From positions 868,001-932,000 of the forward strand of contig JAQGDQ010000019.1 in assembly GCA_030141605.1 (NCBI GenBank): DNA of 64,000 nucleotides, in the 5' to 3' direction. Shown here piece after piece: positions 35,603-50,950 of this stretch. This DNA comes from Tubiluchus corallicola. Taxonomy: Eukaryota; Animalia; Priapulida. Made by a program: the position numbers and the translations under genes. A model generated the notes under the pieces. That model ran no database searches. It had not been told where the DNA came from and saw only the letters and a list, made by a program, of their open reading frames with translations. Position 1 is the first letter of the stretch. Every line of letters starts with the position of its first letter.

Positions 35603-36671
35603 AATAATCTAACATATATACTAACATAATGTTTATTATTGATATGAGTTTTCACTTTTCAGTTAACACAATAATGTGCCATCTTGCATAACTGGCGTGC
35701 TGCAGCTTGTCCCAACTACTGATCTCCAGAAATTAGCAATTATTACACTCTAGTCTACGATATCATTATTGCAGAGTACAATAATCGCTAGTTTCTGGAA
35801 GAATCTAGTAAATGTATTTTTTTCTGGGGATTCTAAGATTGGAGCGGGCCAACTCACTCTCATTCTAACCCAGATAATTTGTTGCAAACCGGTTTCATTC
35901 CACAATTTGAACTACTTTTTCAGTTTCGTCTGGGTATAAAATGTGTGTATCTAGTGGCTGTTCAAATGTAACACAGTTTTTCATTTTTATTATCATAGAA
36001 GTTTAATCATAAATTTGTCTATTTCGTCTTATTTCTCGGTTAAAGATTGCAGTTCAATCTTGAGCTACTGTAACGCTGTAGCCTTGCTTATAATCACTAA
36101 ACAAACCGTGCAACACTTAGGGGAAAAACTTTTTAACATGTAGCAAATTTCATTTAGCCAAACAACCACTAATTTCTCAGTGAAGTTTACACGCGTAAAA
36201 AGCCCAAAATAACCTCGAGCTTTTATCTTCAAAACGGCGGTTTATTTTCACTAAATTCAAAGCAGCTGTGAGGTTGGGGAGTCTATTTTCTTGTCTTCAT
36301 CGTCCTTATTCTGAACTTGTAAAGAAGCCCTGGGAATACACTTTCTAAGCTTCCTCCAGAACAAATAATGAACCGCTAATGAATACGTTTAATTCGGTTA
36401 ATGTGGATTATGTATATCAATGTGCATGATCCGGGATCATGTCGTCTTAATTCCTGGAGACATTTTTCCCGCGTTTTAAACCTCTGGAGCTTTTTACCGA
36501 GTCAACGCAATGAAGTAATTTTTACTCCAACAAGATTAGTCAGTAATCTTTTGGGAATGTCATACAGTAAGAGAATAAACATTATTATTGCGACCGGCAG
36601 CATTTATTAACTTAACTCACGAGCAACTAAAATGGGATGCAGTTGCATAAAGCAGAAACTAGAAATACGCT

Positions 36672-36958
<287 letters not shown>

Positions 36959-39839
36959 TCTTACTAGTGGTTTCAAGTAATTTTGTTAAAGTTCTCATTG
37001 TTCGGCGGAAATTCTCTGTAAACAATAATCTAATGCTATTCAGCACTCAAAGAAAGAACTTACTTATTACGTTGATAGTTGTGGAAAGATTAATGGCGGA
37101 AGTGCTTTCTTGGTATGCTTTCTCAGCCATTTACTAACCAGACCCGATGTAGCTCATCTTCAGTTGCTAAACTCACGCCGTAACCATTCAGCTAGTCCTT
37201 TGGCTAGTTGTTTGAATTCACAATGTTTTATGTTGTAATTGTGGAATGGACCAACACATATTAAAAATCTGAATCGGTTATTTTTGGATTACAAATTAAA
37301 TCCATTCAGCTCTGTGTAAACAAGGCATGTCTTAATCCAATCCCAACAGTTGATCAACCAACTAGCTGATATTTGGAAATTAACTTGTAATTATTATTAA
37401 TAAAATTGATTTGAATTTTCAGAACGTTTACGTATGAGACACTGGGGCTCACTACATATAACGTGTTGGTGTGAACTAGAAACTTGTAACTGTAACTAAA
37501 TTAGTGACAGCAGAATTGTAGCACACTTTCAAGCTTAAATCCCAAGGAAAGCTTCCAAAAACTTTTATAATCAAAACTGTGTCACTTTCAGGAGAAGTCT
37601 GTTTTTTCCTGGTTTCTATATGCCTCAGCTTGTTTTATGTTACAGCAGTTATGTAAATCGTACTTACAGAAAGGAACGAACAAAACGCCACATCTAACAT
37701 AGACTCTTAGATTAAAGCAACTTCCTCATCCCTTTTAAGTGTAAGGCGCTCAGCAACTCATTTGCTTTTAATGCAGTTGCGACATTAATATTCTAGTTGC
37801 TCTACGATACTATAGATACCAGACAGGTGTTCTTATGAATTATATTTGTAGAGTGTGTGATTAGCTTAGTAATTTTTGAAGTACCCGGAAATGTCTTTGA
37901 CATAAAGCTAACAATATTGTAAGAAGCTAACACTTTTGTGCGAAAACCTGGTATTAGTAAACCTGCACTTTGTCACATCCTGGTGATTTACGTTTAATTT
38001 TGCATTGGAAAACTTAATTTGTTTCAGAAGATATTACATTTCAATCAACCTTGGTTTAAACTGGCTTACCAAGCTTATAGTAGAAACGACATTTGCACGC
38101 TGCAGCGCTATCTTGCAGCTTCTGTATATTTGTTAAAGCGATGTCCTAATTACCCAAGCAAATCGTAATTGGGCAAGTAATTAAGTTTCGATTTTCCATG
38201 ATACTGGCAACAACACTGTAACGTCACAAATTAAGCAGAAATGAGCAAGGGGACGTGCGTGGCGCCATTGCAAATTGCCGTAAAACAGCTTTGCTGAATC
38301 CCGAGGCGGAAATGCACGAGTAATTACATCACAAGTTCGCTACGTCCTGATGTAATTATGGGGGGAAATAAACCCGTTTTATTCTCCCGAAACAAAAAGC
38401 TGGGTTTTAAATTCAGTTTTGCTGCTTATATATGTATAAAGCGAGGTGCTGTGGTGCTTCGCTTCTCAAATCCTTTCCCGTTAAACAATGAGAAAAGTTG
38501 GATATTGAGAGTGTGTGGTCAAGATATAGAAAATAATTTAAAAGGATGTTTTCCAGTTCCTTAGAATGCATTAGGCAAATGCCGTTTTTTGAACATTTGA
38601 AAAGAAAGATGTTGTCAAAAATTTCTTTTGTCTCTGAAAACCGGACACTTTCATTTATCTAGAACTTGGTCTAAAGCATGCAGACAGATCATTGACAGCA
38701 ATATTAAAGTCATGTATTGGCCGCTATTTAATACATAATTATATTGTATGTTATTATTGGGTATTGTGGCCTAATACACAATTTAAAATACAATATATAA
38801 ATATTATACAGAGTGATATGCTCGCTGCAATTTGAACACAGGTTTTTTTGCTGACATCAAGTGGTTTGTCGGGGAATTAATAACCGTTGGGGATAAAATT
38901 ACATAATGCATAGATAAATAACAACTGGTGAACAAATTAGCAATATATGCAATTGCTAGCAAACATGCCTAACTGTTTATATATGAGTGCCATGTTTCAT
39001 AATGAAAACAGCACATTTCTTTTGCAGACTGATTGCAGACTAAATTACACCATTATACAGTTTGCTTACCTTTCCTATACCCAACAGAATTCCCATTTCT
39101 ACAAATTTTACTTGCTATTGGGAATTCGCAGACAAAGTCAAAATACGCTCTTTGATAGATGCTAACTTGCTGAGTGCTTATTTTACCACGTCTTCGAGCA
39201 TCCATTACCAAGGTCTTCTGCCATTACTGTTAGATTTCTTTCCATTACAGCAGCGTCGAATGTCGATGTATAGCATTAAATATAATTTTAATACAGACAT
39301 GTAATAGTAATACATATTAGCAAAATCATTGATATGCTGGATGTAATTGGTTCATTATGTGTTTGACCTAAGTGTTATTCACATTTCATTGATACTTCTA
39401 TTTGTATGCTCAGCAACAAAATTATTCAAAGCCCTTAACGTTATCACACAAAAGGCCAGCAAAAATTCAAATAGCGAGGTAAATACGTGGTTATGGACTG
39501 TGAAATACGGCAAATGGATGGATGGAAGAGACCTTCTGGATGGTTCGTTCGTCATATTGTTTCATCCAGTGCTTTAATTGATGCTGGATGTTGTGCTAAG
39601 ACACTTCGTTTCAGTTTTTTAAAGGATTACATTTGATTCGAAAGATTCATTTCCGGTGTTGCCACAACCACATCTGCATTAAATAGATCTTGCCACTGTA
39701 TGCTTGATCTCAGCTTCCAGAGTGTCAGACTGCGTAACAAAGAATAAAAAATGAAAATTGAACACTTCATACATGTAATTGTGAAATCCCCAACAAACTA
39801 ACAGTGAACGGCATTCCGTGTTTTAAGTGCTGCCGGTCT

Positions 39840-40070
39840 GCTACTGCTAATGATGATAGTGATAAAGTTGACGACGACTATGACGGTGGTGGCGGCGGCG
39901 GCAGTGATAAGAGTGATGGCACCTGCAGCGATGCTAGTATTGGTGATGATGATAGTAATAGCGATGATGGTGAGGAAGGTGGATGGCGGTGACGGTGTTC
40001 GTGATGACAGTGATCGTGCAGTGAGTTATGATGATGATGCTAGCGGTGGTGCTGATTATACTGATAATAA
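39840..40070. repeat. Degenerate (GAT/GGT/GGC)n low-complexity tract
   Basis: Direct reading; a similar tract lies at about 18270-18340. Confidence 0.7.
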
Positions 40071-43000
40071 AGGCCTAGAAATAACTTTCTTCTCTGAAGT
40101 TAGAAAAGGTTTATTTTATTGAAGTTTCATAGAGAAATCTCCAAATCGGTGTAAGCAGCGGCGGGTTAAGACTCGTGTGATTCAGTTGAGTGCATCGAAA
40201 TTTGTTCAACCTTCATACATAAAGCCTTTAAACTCTACGAACACAGGCATTAAATCTAGTATACTTCTCAACAATGCACAACTTTGCCTAATGTAAAATC
40301 ATTTTCATTCAAGTATTCTGTCAAAAGAGAGTAAGGATATTATGTTTACCCAACCAACGTCAGTTATATTAGAATTTCCTATGTCGGTTCTTTCATACTC
40401 TAGGAGGAACAAAATTAAAAAATTGCAATAAGAGATATTAAACATTTTTGCTCCACATTTGGTCTTTGCATGCCATTAAATTAGTAATATTAGTTCACCT
40501 TAATGAAGAGCCATGTAACTTTAATTTTACTGATCGGAGCAAATTGTACAAACGTCACAATATCTCTGCCAGTTAACTAGCTTAATTTACCGATACAATG
40601 TGACAATTTGGAACTTGTTTGCTTACTTGATGTGGTTCTGCGCCTGGTTACCAGATTCCCGTGCGATGTATTTTTACAATGACAGATAGAAAGTATTGCA
40701 TTAAGTTACTAAATATTATGAATATTGCAGTTTTGTTTAATTCTGTTATGCTTAGGACTGTTAGCATTGACTCCTTTTATTAAAGATATTTAAATATAAA
40801 TAAATTTAATTTCGAGTTTATTTCTTCTAATCAGTATTATGTCCATGACACATGCGAGTTAGTCGCCTCTTCTTAATTATTTCCCGTGCTTTTGTTGCAT
40901 CAGTTTAATATTTATTTGTGTGGTGCATGCTGATACATACATCATATTAGCTTTCGTGCTTGATCGGCGCTCTTAAATTGACGATCGGTATTGTCTGGAA
41001 ATCGACCAAACGCTCCTCCAGCAGTCTGATAGTCAGCAATCTAAGCAGGCAAACGTCATACATCGTACGTTTATGCAATTGATCAGCAGTCTGGTCGTAG
41101 CGTGACATGTCTTACAAGTTGCATTCACGGCCTTCATCAATCTTGAGGACCCATAGAGCCCGACCTCTGTCTCACTGGGCTTCTATGTACGCAGGTTAAG
41201 ATCCTTTTTGTGTGATTATTTTTAAAACATTTTGTAATTGCCCTAAATGTCTATAAAGGAAAGCTAACCCTCAAACAACATTCATTGCATTTTATCACAA
41301 ATTACCACATAATCTATGCGCATAAAATGCCTTGCTTAAAAATGCAAAAGACAGTTAAATCAGTTCTCCTGCCAAACGAACCTAAGTTAAAAGTTAGTCA
41401 TCGGATCAATTTGCTACTTTAAAGTGCTTACATAGCTTTAATCCGCAGTGTTACACCTCAGAATGCGTAATTTAATTATTACTGATAAGCGTGGAATTCT
41501 GCGAGACTGCGAGCATACAAAAATGCCATGCGGTTTACTTAGCTTACAGAGTTTAGTTTTTAATTGTTAAAATAATTATTTTATTACTTTGTCGACGTAA
41601 CTAATTGAGTGGGCGATTTTTATATTATCGTCCGTAACTGGTTCTGCTTGCATAGTGAGTAACATGATTCATTAAAAAGCAAAAAATAGTATTAGTAATC
41701 TCTCGCTTAACGTTTTGGATTGTTTATAGTTGATAATAGTAACTGCAACTGTAAAAGATGTTCGCTGAGGCACCTGGCAGGATAAGTGGTTTATATTGCA
41801 CCGGTTTTTCGTTCAAAATGAGTGCGCCCAAGCTTGAAGTGATCTCGCCTTTAAATTGATGTTACTTAATTACACAACGCGCTTGTCATAGTTTTACTGC
41901 TGAAATTTTCTAACACTTACCTCAAATATTAAAATAAGCTTAACTTCCCGAGACACTTGGCTTTTGCTATGAGCCTGTACACTTATTTTTTTCTTTATTC
42001 AATCTCCGGGAACTGGAAATTTCTTACCGGTCAGTCCGTCTGTGCCGCACTTGTGATCGATCCAGTTACCAAGTAATCTGCGTTATTTGTTGCGAGATTT
42101 TACTGATCGGCGTGGACTTCATTAATCTGCCCCAAGGTCGCACCTTATTGCTCAGACTTAACTAGTTTTCAAGATGTAGCTAAGACAGCTTGGTTAGGTT
42201 AGTTTCGTTTTACCTCAGCTGAGTTACAATTTACATAGCACAGAAATGTCAAATCTATTTATGTTGCTTAAAATTTAAACCTTGCAGTTAGTCACAGTCA
42301 TCTCTAGGCTGAATTTCAGTAGTAGAAAAACTTCAGTCACGTTTTTATACTGCTACACGGCCTTTCCCCGAACTTAACTGCAGTTTATACCTTTGCCACC
42401 TGCTAATTCTACTTTGATTAGCAAAACCACGCAGAACAAACAAACCACAGCCTGTAAAAAGGCCGTTATAAATGAACCAAATGTTTAGTGCTGTGATGGT
42501 GTTTTTTTTTGGTGAGTCCTGTAAAAGTACTTATCAGATTTTATGATGGTGCCATTCCGGCAAGTATGGGTTGCCACCTTCTCACGAACCTACACCAGGA
42601 GTCAAGAGCCAGCAGCTATGGGGTCTGGGAAGCGCTGTAAACCAAAGCATTTCCTGCATTTTAGACGTTTTATGAGGCGTTCTTTAAAAACAAAAATCAA
42701 GAATTTTGAACCGCAAAGTAGTAACACATTTCTTGATTTTAGATTCTAAAAAGGCCTAAAAGTCTAAAACAAAAGTGCAACATTGTAAATCAGTTTTTGG
42801 AGTTTCTTCCCTGTCCCAATACATTTGAATGATTTCACACGTTTTTAAGGTTTCTGGAGATGCGAATTCATAACCGCCTTCTTATAATAGTACCATCATA
42901 GAAACGCTATGAATCTGTTTGTATACTGTGTATTCACTTTCTCTTTTTTTATAATTATAACCATGGTGATTCATCTTATTAAACTGTTACTAAAATAGAT

Positions 43001-46000
43001 AATTTGCTTAACGTTACTATGTTGCTACGGGATATTATGCATGTCCAGCCTCATTATCGTGGGATTGCTGCGGCATTCGACCTCATCATCTGTTTGGTAT
43101 GTTTGGATTGTTCGTGTCTTCATTTTTGCGTTGGGAAGGAAAACCAGCTTAATCGCTTAGTGGTTTGATTATCTTTCACCATGCGTCTAAGGAATAAGTG
43201 CTTCCCGGAAATAATTGTGCTTCTCCAGAAACACTGACCGGCAATGACATAGTCTATACAAGTGATCCGTAATAGAGTCATTACTCGATACTAACCATAT
43301 TTTACTCTGAAAGAACACATGCTTCAGACGTCAGAGACTCGCTGCACTAATAACAGAATGGCGGTCGAACATTTTTCAACGAACAGCCAATACACCAGAC
43401 GCAGGTGTTTAATATAGAGGAGGATGTTGTATTATAGATGTCATGTTCCATCGACCAGTTTTAATGTGAGATTTATTGATGCCTGTTCCAACGCCATTTC
43501 GAAGATTGCTATTTCAAAGTTTTCAAGCGAAATTGTCATGACAGCGCACTGGATTTTCACTTTTCATCCACGGGAATCTGATCAGCTGGCTCCATATTAG
43601 ATTATTTTTTCTTCTTTAACGGTTTTGTTTGAACTGCACTTTCTGCTAAATATAAGACAGGAGGAAACCAATGAGAATACTGTAGTACTGCGTAGAAATT
43701 TTTAAATTAAGTTTGGAGTTCGATGTCTTGCGCAAAATTCCATTTGTAAGTAGCAGTGGCATGACAATCCCTATATATTGGGCGGTATATAATCTTTTGC
43801 TAAGAACGAGGAGTGAAAAAACGAGTACTAGTATACAACAATTTATTACACCAAAGTATTGCTCAGTCGATGGAGAATCTATCATGCCTTCAAAATTTGG
43901 TGTGAAAGCTTCGCACACGTCGCAAAGCGTGCAATCTTCAGGAGTATGATTGGAGCAGTGAGTTAGTGACTCGAAGAAAGCAAGATCCTTCAACACATTT
44001 TTCACGTGACTCACAAGCTTATCTGTTGAATACTGCTCAACGACATGTTTCTTTATTATCTTGGCGTCCATTCTGTCTTTCAGGATAGTTCCAGTATGTT
44101 TGGCGGAGTTGAGGTTTGATGAATTTACAACCCATTCAGTTTACTTGAAAAAATTAATTCAGAGTTTTCAAGTCACTGTTCTGATCATGTCTCTCAAGAT
44201 TGCAGGCTGTGCGAGATGCGGGTTTGGCTCTCGCACTAAACTTAGTGTGGACATGATAGATTCTCTCAACAATCCTTTAATGCTATAAATTCTTCTGCAT
44301 TGTTACTCATTGTTTCGGCAACCCCCTAGCAAAAGTCATGTACCATCTTGTATATAGGGTGTCTCAAAAGTCACGTGATAACGTGGTATAGGTTTTTTGT
44401 AGGCTGTGTATGTTTGTAATTGTATCTTTATAATTGTTGTGTGCATTGTGTGGTTTGTAATTGAGATTACCCAATAAAATATCTTAAAATATCTATTACT
44501 GCATAGTAATGACAAGTCTTCTACTTTGAGAAAACTGAAGTGCATCCATTTGTATAGCTGTAACTGAAGACATTCCTTGTCTACAATCAGTAAGATTTTA
44601 AAATATTGTAAACAGAGTGTTTTTCCAAGTAGTAATAGGGTACAAAGATAGCTTGTATGCAGCAGTCGAGTCCATATGAGTGTTGTGGTTTTGCGAAACT
44701 CTAATTACACTCATCAATAACGGAACTTATGGAAGACACGCCAAATGAATGGTTTCACGTCACATCACGGTTCATAGCTATTATCGAATGTATGTTCAAG
44801 TTTTCTCTTACATATGTAAGCTATCATTTTGATCAATATCCTGCTGAACAGCCCTGTTTCGGCCGCTGTTTGACCACCTGCCTCTGCCGTGTGTATCGAT
44901 GTTTGTGTGTAAAATTCGATAAATGTCACTTAGCGGCTGTCTGTAGCGTGTAGAGTTATTTGCCTGCATTATTGGTGTACCCAGGCGTGATTTGTGGCTC
45001 AATGAGATCCTGGAAGCCAATCTAGAAAATTTGTTACACTGAGTATGTAGGCTTTTCGCTCGCCTCCACGACAAGCATTTACTTAGCTTATAGCGTTGCA
45101 TAAGAAAGTGGACCAGCTAGCTAGTGAGCAGCAGTTGATGCATCGGAATTGGTTTGCAGAACGCTTCTGGACTACATCACTTTAGGTCGTGTTAAATAAA
45201 ATGAAATTTTTTAAATGTGTGATAGCATTTTGCCAAAATTGATCTTATAAGGCATCTTTTAATTCGTGTGAGGCATAAAGCTTGCAATGCTGCGAAATAT
45301 TCACGTTGGCAGTACATCCAACTCATTGGTTCACTACACATCCTATGTCAAGCTACCTAGATGCATACAAATGCTTATTGTCTTAATTATTTATTATCTT
45401 AACATTTAGTTAATTATAGAAAGAACGCACAATTATTAAATTTTTAAAACAAATTTGATTGTCGTTAGATTGGTTGGTAAGATTGGATTGAATTATGGGG
45501 TGCTATAATCATATAGGCTTGTACGGTCTAGTGCTCATACATGGCGTTGGACTTATGTGCCGAAGATTTTTAGTTCAAATCCAAGTTCTATTCAGACTTT
45601 TTTTACATTTCATTCTCTTCGATCAGGTTTGGTTTCACAAATTCAATAATTATGGATTTTTTCTACATATTTTTTGTCGTGTGTGACGTGAAAATTGTGA
45701 AATGTGGAACATCTGCCCAGCACTTCCGATGCTTCGACATAATTTGCCTTCTCCGGTCGTAGTTTTGTGAGTAACGATATTCGTCTGCTCGCCACTGTTG
45801 CAGTGTTCCTTGAATGTGTACGCTCCTTAATTTTGGCCGCTTAAAGCTGATGGACTTTGAAAGTTACAATGACAAGTATGGTAAATGTAGTCATCATAAT
45901 ATCATTAGAAATGATTAGAATAATCGATGAAACGTGCAGCGCGCTTTAATTATACGTCTCTTCTGTAAAACTCTAAAAACTCTTAAATGATAACCGTGTA

Positions 46001-48775
46001 ATTAATGTATTTGTATATATACTGTGTCAAACTTAGATTTGTTTTATTATCATTCGTCGTCTTTTCAATTGTATGTTTCTACTAAAATGCCATAGCGCAT
46101 TTTTTAGATTTATAATATTTTTATATTATAATATAATATATTTATTTTAGCGGCTCAAGCTTTTATTGAAAAACATGTAAGCCTACTGGGCAATTTGCTA
46201 CTGTTGACTTATTTATACGAATAGCTTTGAAATATTTAATGTATGAACTTCTGAACTTCTCACTAATTATTTATATACTTTTCTATTTAAAAAAATCATT
46301 TGCAATGGAATCGTAAATCTTATGCGATTTTAATCTGACTTATTTCTTGGCTGAATATATTCGACGTAAGACGATCATTATGATGCATTCATTTTATGAA
46401 TCATTCATGTACATTTTATGTGCATCATGCATCTTTTTCGCAACGGTCAACACAGTACTTTGATGGAACACTTTTTGTCGGTCAACATTTAAGTAAAAAC
46501 ACTTAAAAGAACATCTGTGCTATACTTAGTTTTATTCGTAATTCTCTCTATTTTGCGAAATTCTATGCTTCATGCATTCTATGCTGCAACTTCTGCTATT
46601 GCCGCCTCAAAAGTTACTACTACTGCTAGTTTTGTACGTTGCATTTGATTTTGTGATGCCCCGATGACAGTGAAGATGCCTCGGTTTTTCTTCACTCAAT
46701 AATCTACACATAAAATTTCAAACGGGCCTGGTGCAGAATTGACATTGCTGCACGGTAACGTAGTAAGGCAAGGTAATTATTTTCTCATCAACCCGGGAGT
46801 AGAATATTATGTGCTTCACTGACAAGCCCGGTGCACGTTTTACTGCTGTTTTAATTATCCCTCATATTAAACTTTAACTGGATAGCTTAGATTCACCACT
46901 TTCCTGTAAGATTGTGATGCCCTCTCCGGCTTTACTTGTATAAAACTTGAATGAGCTAGCTAAATTAACCAAACGGCTTCATGGCTGTAAATTCTGTCCA
47001 AATATGCTCTGTGCAATCAAGCGAGCTAAACAAGATGAACTAGCTGAAGCAGCAGGGCGAAAGCAACATGACAGATGTATGCTCGTAGTAAAAAATTTCT
47101 CTTTGAGGTGCAACTGAGCAATAAACAAAGCAAACGGAGTTCACTGAGCAGAAACAAAGCGGGTGCAGAGATTTTGGATTATTTTTAATTTGCGTCTGTT
47201 TGTGGAGGGGTCTGAAGGCCATTAAGAAACCTTAGCAACAAATAGGCACAGATGCTCGGTACGTCTGATCGTAAGAGACTGAGGACGCCCTCCGGTGTGA
47301 CTGCCTGATAACTAAAGCTGCAAACTGCAGTTTATTTGAGAGTTGACGAGGAGAAATGATTTTCACTCGTATGTCAGTCGAAACTTTTAGATAACTAGTT
47401 AAGAAAGGCAAATGTGATATATAAAAATATCATTTACGTTTTAGGCAATGTTTCTCTACATGCTAGTAGGTTACATTGAGGATCTCACTTTTGAACTCGT
47501 ATTTATCAGTTTTATGTGTTTTATATGGCCGCGAGTCTGAATTATTAATTAACTTAACATGCGTTAAAAATTCGTAATTAGTTTTAGTTAATACAGTTTT
47601 GCAGCTGTTTGTTGTCTAATTAAGTACGCATGTGATACGTGGCGAGCAACAACAGATTTAAGGTAAAGAACAAATCAAGCTGGATTCGAACCCGTGACTG
47701 TACAAATGTAGCGGATTAATTATTAATAAAAGGCTTATAATAAAATCTTGTCTCTTTGGAAGCCAAGCTCCCATCACTGCCAATCTGATAATTATTTAAA
47801 GGCCTAATGAGAGGGACCTAAATAATACATGTTCTGTGCTGTATTATCTGACAGTGTGTGTCAAGTAAATGAGTAAAGGTGTTTGTGTAAATATATAATA
47901 GTTTAAGTGTCTGTTTTTATGTTTTTCTGCTGCAATAAAATAATACTCTAATAATATGTTGAAAATTGATTTTATGCAGTGTACTTATATAGTCAATTAA
48001 TTAACGCCTGAAAAATGCCCATTCGAAATTGGAATGAATATTGAAACAAATGTTATCCAAGTCACAGCAGGATTTTTAAACCACTTTTACAGAAAATAAA
48101 TAAATACAAATTCGCGAAAATTAAAAACATGAAAAACAAAAAGATTGCAATCTGATTTAACTTTTCAACGCTGTGATCGGTAGTTTAGCAGTTGTCAATG
48201 AATGTTGTGAGAAGACATACTGCTTGCTCGGGTATAGTGTGGCAGTCCCTGACGGAAAAATCGATTCTACCGATGAGCATGATAATAAGAGGCCGAGCAG
48301 TTAGTAGTCCAAAAGAAGCCGGTTACTACTAGTATTACTTGTTATGGAAAACCTATGCGTAAGTTTGCATTTTAATTTTATAAGCGCTCTTCATTTTTAA
48401 TCATTTTTGAAAAAACCTGTTGTTCGCACTCTCAGCTTGTACTTGTAGGCCTATGGGTAAAGCCACTTTCTGTAGTTGACTTTTAGTAGCTTACGTGAAC
48501 TCTAAGAAAATGACCAGGTCTCCAAAACTGACCTCCAAAGAAACAGCAATGTTTCGAGGTAGATTTTGTAAAACGTTGGGCTAATGAACGTGCATGTGCG
48601 TGTAGTTTCTGTCTGTTGTGCTGTCAGTTTGACTGTCTATGAACCTGTGCGCGTGTAACATGTATATGTCCATCCTGCTTGACTCACAACACACAAATCA
48701 GTAATGCCAATTAACCAGCAGGGTTCCGTCTCACAGTGACCAATTAGGCACTTCTTTAACTGGCTAGTTGTTCCA

Positions 48776-49207
48776 GTGCTTCAAAAGCTACTCACAAACG
48801 GATATGTTTAAACATGCCAAATATACTGCGAAAGAACGTGTATGTATACTTACTTGGGCATTATTCTTACTTGAGCAAAAAGGAGACAAATGCTGCCGAT
48901 GAACAAAGATACGGGCGACTTCGTGGAAAAAATCGTGCTATCTTTTCCAAGGAGTTGCCCTTCTATTTTTAAGATATAAAATACAACTACTTTGGAAAAG
49001 ACAGCACGATTTTCATTAACTTTTTAACGTTTCAGATTTTCATAAGGTCTCCCGCATGTTTGTTCCATCGGCAACATTTGTTTCTTTTTTGTCTAAGTAA
49101 GAATGTAATCATGTATACACTTGCTTTCGCGGTATATTTGGCATGTTTAAGCATGCATATCCGGGAAGCGCATTTGCCACACTGTTTGTGAGTAGTTTTT
49201 GAGGCAC
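48776..49207. mobile_element. About 430-bp almost fully palindromic MITE/foldback element
   Basis: gtgcttcaaaagctactcacaaac pairs with gtttgtgagtagtttttgaggcac; the arms continue inward to aaaatcgtgctatcttttccaa / ttggaaaagacagcacgatttt. Confidence 0.8.
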
Positions 49208-49499
49208 CAATGATATATTATATCATTGTATGTATATAGAATGTGTTAGTGCTTACGTAGGTTTTTGTATATTGATCATGCATGCGTTTTGCGTGTATTT
49301 TTGAACTTATAAATAGATATAACCCAAAACGTTCTCAGTAGCCGAGATTCAGATTTGTTTCGCTACCAAACAAGATTTTCATTGAAGGGTTCAAGTTGCA
49401 TAATAAAGTTTTAAATTGAGTATCTTTGATCCCAAAGATATCTATAATTTTAATTTTACAACAATTTGCTGCAACGTACTTTTCATTGCACGGTAGTCT

Positions 49500-50950
49500 T
49501 TTTTCTTTGAAGACCTGTCAGCTAATTCAGTATCACTAAATTGATATTGTTTCTTTGAATTTACACAATACGATTTTTACCTAGTGCACTGAGAATGGAA
49601 TACTGATTTAAAACGGCCAAACTAGCTAGATCTGCATTGGCTTTCAAGCAGTCAGTCAATAAGTATGAGAGTTTGCTGGTATTCTTAAGTCCAGACGTAA
49701 GGCTTTTCGAAACTTTACACTAAATAGTAAATTACGATTCTTGTCAGACATTACGTGTACTGTGCAACCGTACAATCATCAACAACAATATGATATAGAC
49801 CGACGGAGCAGTACTTGCTTATTATTTGCAGATCTAAGAAAGCACAATAAGGAGTTCACAGCTTTAACAAATTCATTTCTTCATCGAAGTTCATCCGTGC
49901 TTTGGCCGAGATTGTAAAATAGGCAGTGGCCTAAATGAACAATACTATTATGCCACTTCAAATTGACGCCATTAATCTTTACTAGAAGAATTTCTCTATC
50001 ACTACACCGTCCAAATATAATTCTCTTGGACTTCTCAGCATTAAAACACATGTGATGACATGACACAAATTTTAAGCATTCCTTCTAGACCGACAAAGAA
50101 AGGAAAAGCAGTACCCCAGAGCACCAGAAAATTCATTCAGCAAGTAGCATCCATACTTAGATTTCTTTAACAAATTGACAAATCATTGACATAGACAGCA
50201 AAGAGAACACCAGACAGTGCAGCGCCCTGTCTAATACCACCCGTAGCATTAAATTTGTAAGATTTGTCGCAATTCCATTTACACAAATATCTGGGTTTAT
50301 CATAGTGTCGAGTAAGAGCGATATAACAGATTCGGGTAGTGTACACTCATTTTGTAGCTTAAACATGAAGGTTTCATTTTAACACCATCAAATGCTTTCG
50401 AATAGTTCAATATGCAGCATTACACTGGTGTCTTTTTATCCATGTATAACCGACGGTATCTTTAAGCAACAAGCTGCACAGATCAGTTGAACTATTTCTT
50501 TTTATATGCAAATTGTAATTCCAAACCAATTAGATCATCCTAAATTTGTTTACTGTTACCCAGTCAATAAATTTTACAATGCATGATATTGGTGCAGCAG
50601 TTTTCATGTTGCGATTCGTATGCGGGTCCTTCACCTAAGGAATAACAATGCTCGTACAACAGTGGCCGAGGGCAGTAACAGTGCCTAAACATTGCATTGA
50701 TTAGAATAGTTATATGATGACATAGTAAACTAGAGCTATTTATAATATGGTATCTTTAATCCAAGTGGCCCAACGCTCTTACCACGTCACAATCTTTTTA
50801 CAGCAGATTTAATCTCATTTAATGTTATGTGAGTTGTAGCTATATGATCTTTCAAGGATTCCTGTTGTAAACCTGATCAGCTCAGTTTTGCTCGTAACTA
50901 TACTATTAAATAATTCATCGTAGTTGTTTGCAAAATAATTTGCAATTTCT
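49500..50950 (-). mobile_element. Degenerate non-LTR retrotransposon reverse transcriptase fragment
   Basis: Minus-strand reading gives CCILNYSKAFDGVK, GGIRQGAALSGVLFAVYVNDL, FNAEKSK and IVHLGH, with stops and frameshifts; boundaries approximate. Confidence 0.75.

Noticed and set aside
39804-40122. Asp/Gly-rich ORFs
   Set aside because: Low-complexity GAT/GGT tract without credible gene structure
41107-41194. ATG-initiated mini-exon MSYKLHSRPSS... ending at cag|gttaag
   Set aside because: No homology, weak donor, and phase 1 does not match the phase-0 PLC exons seen
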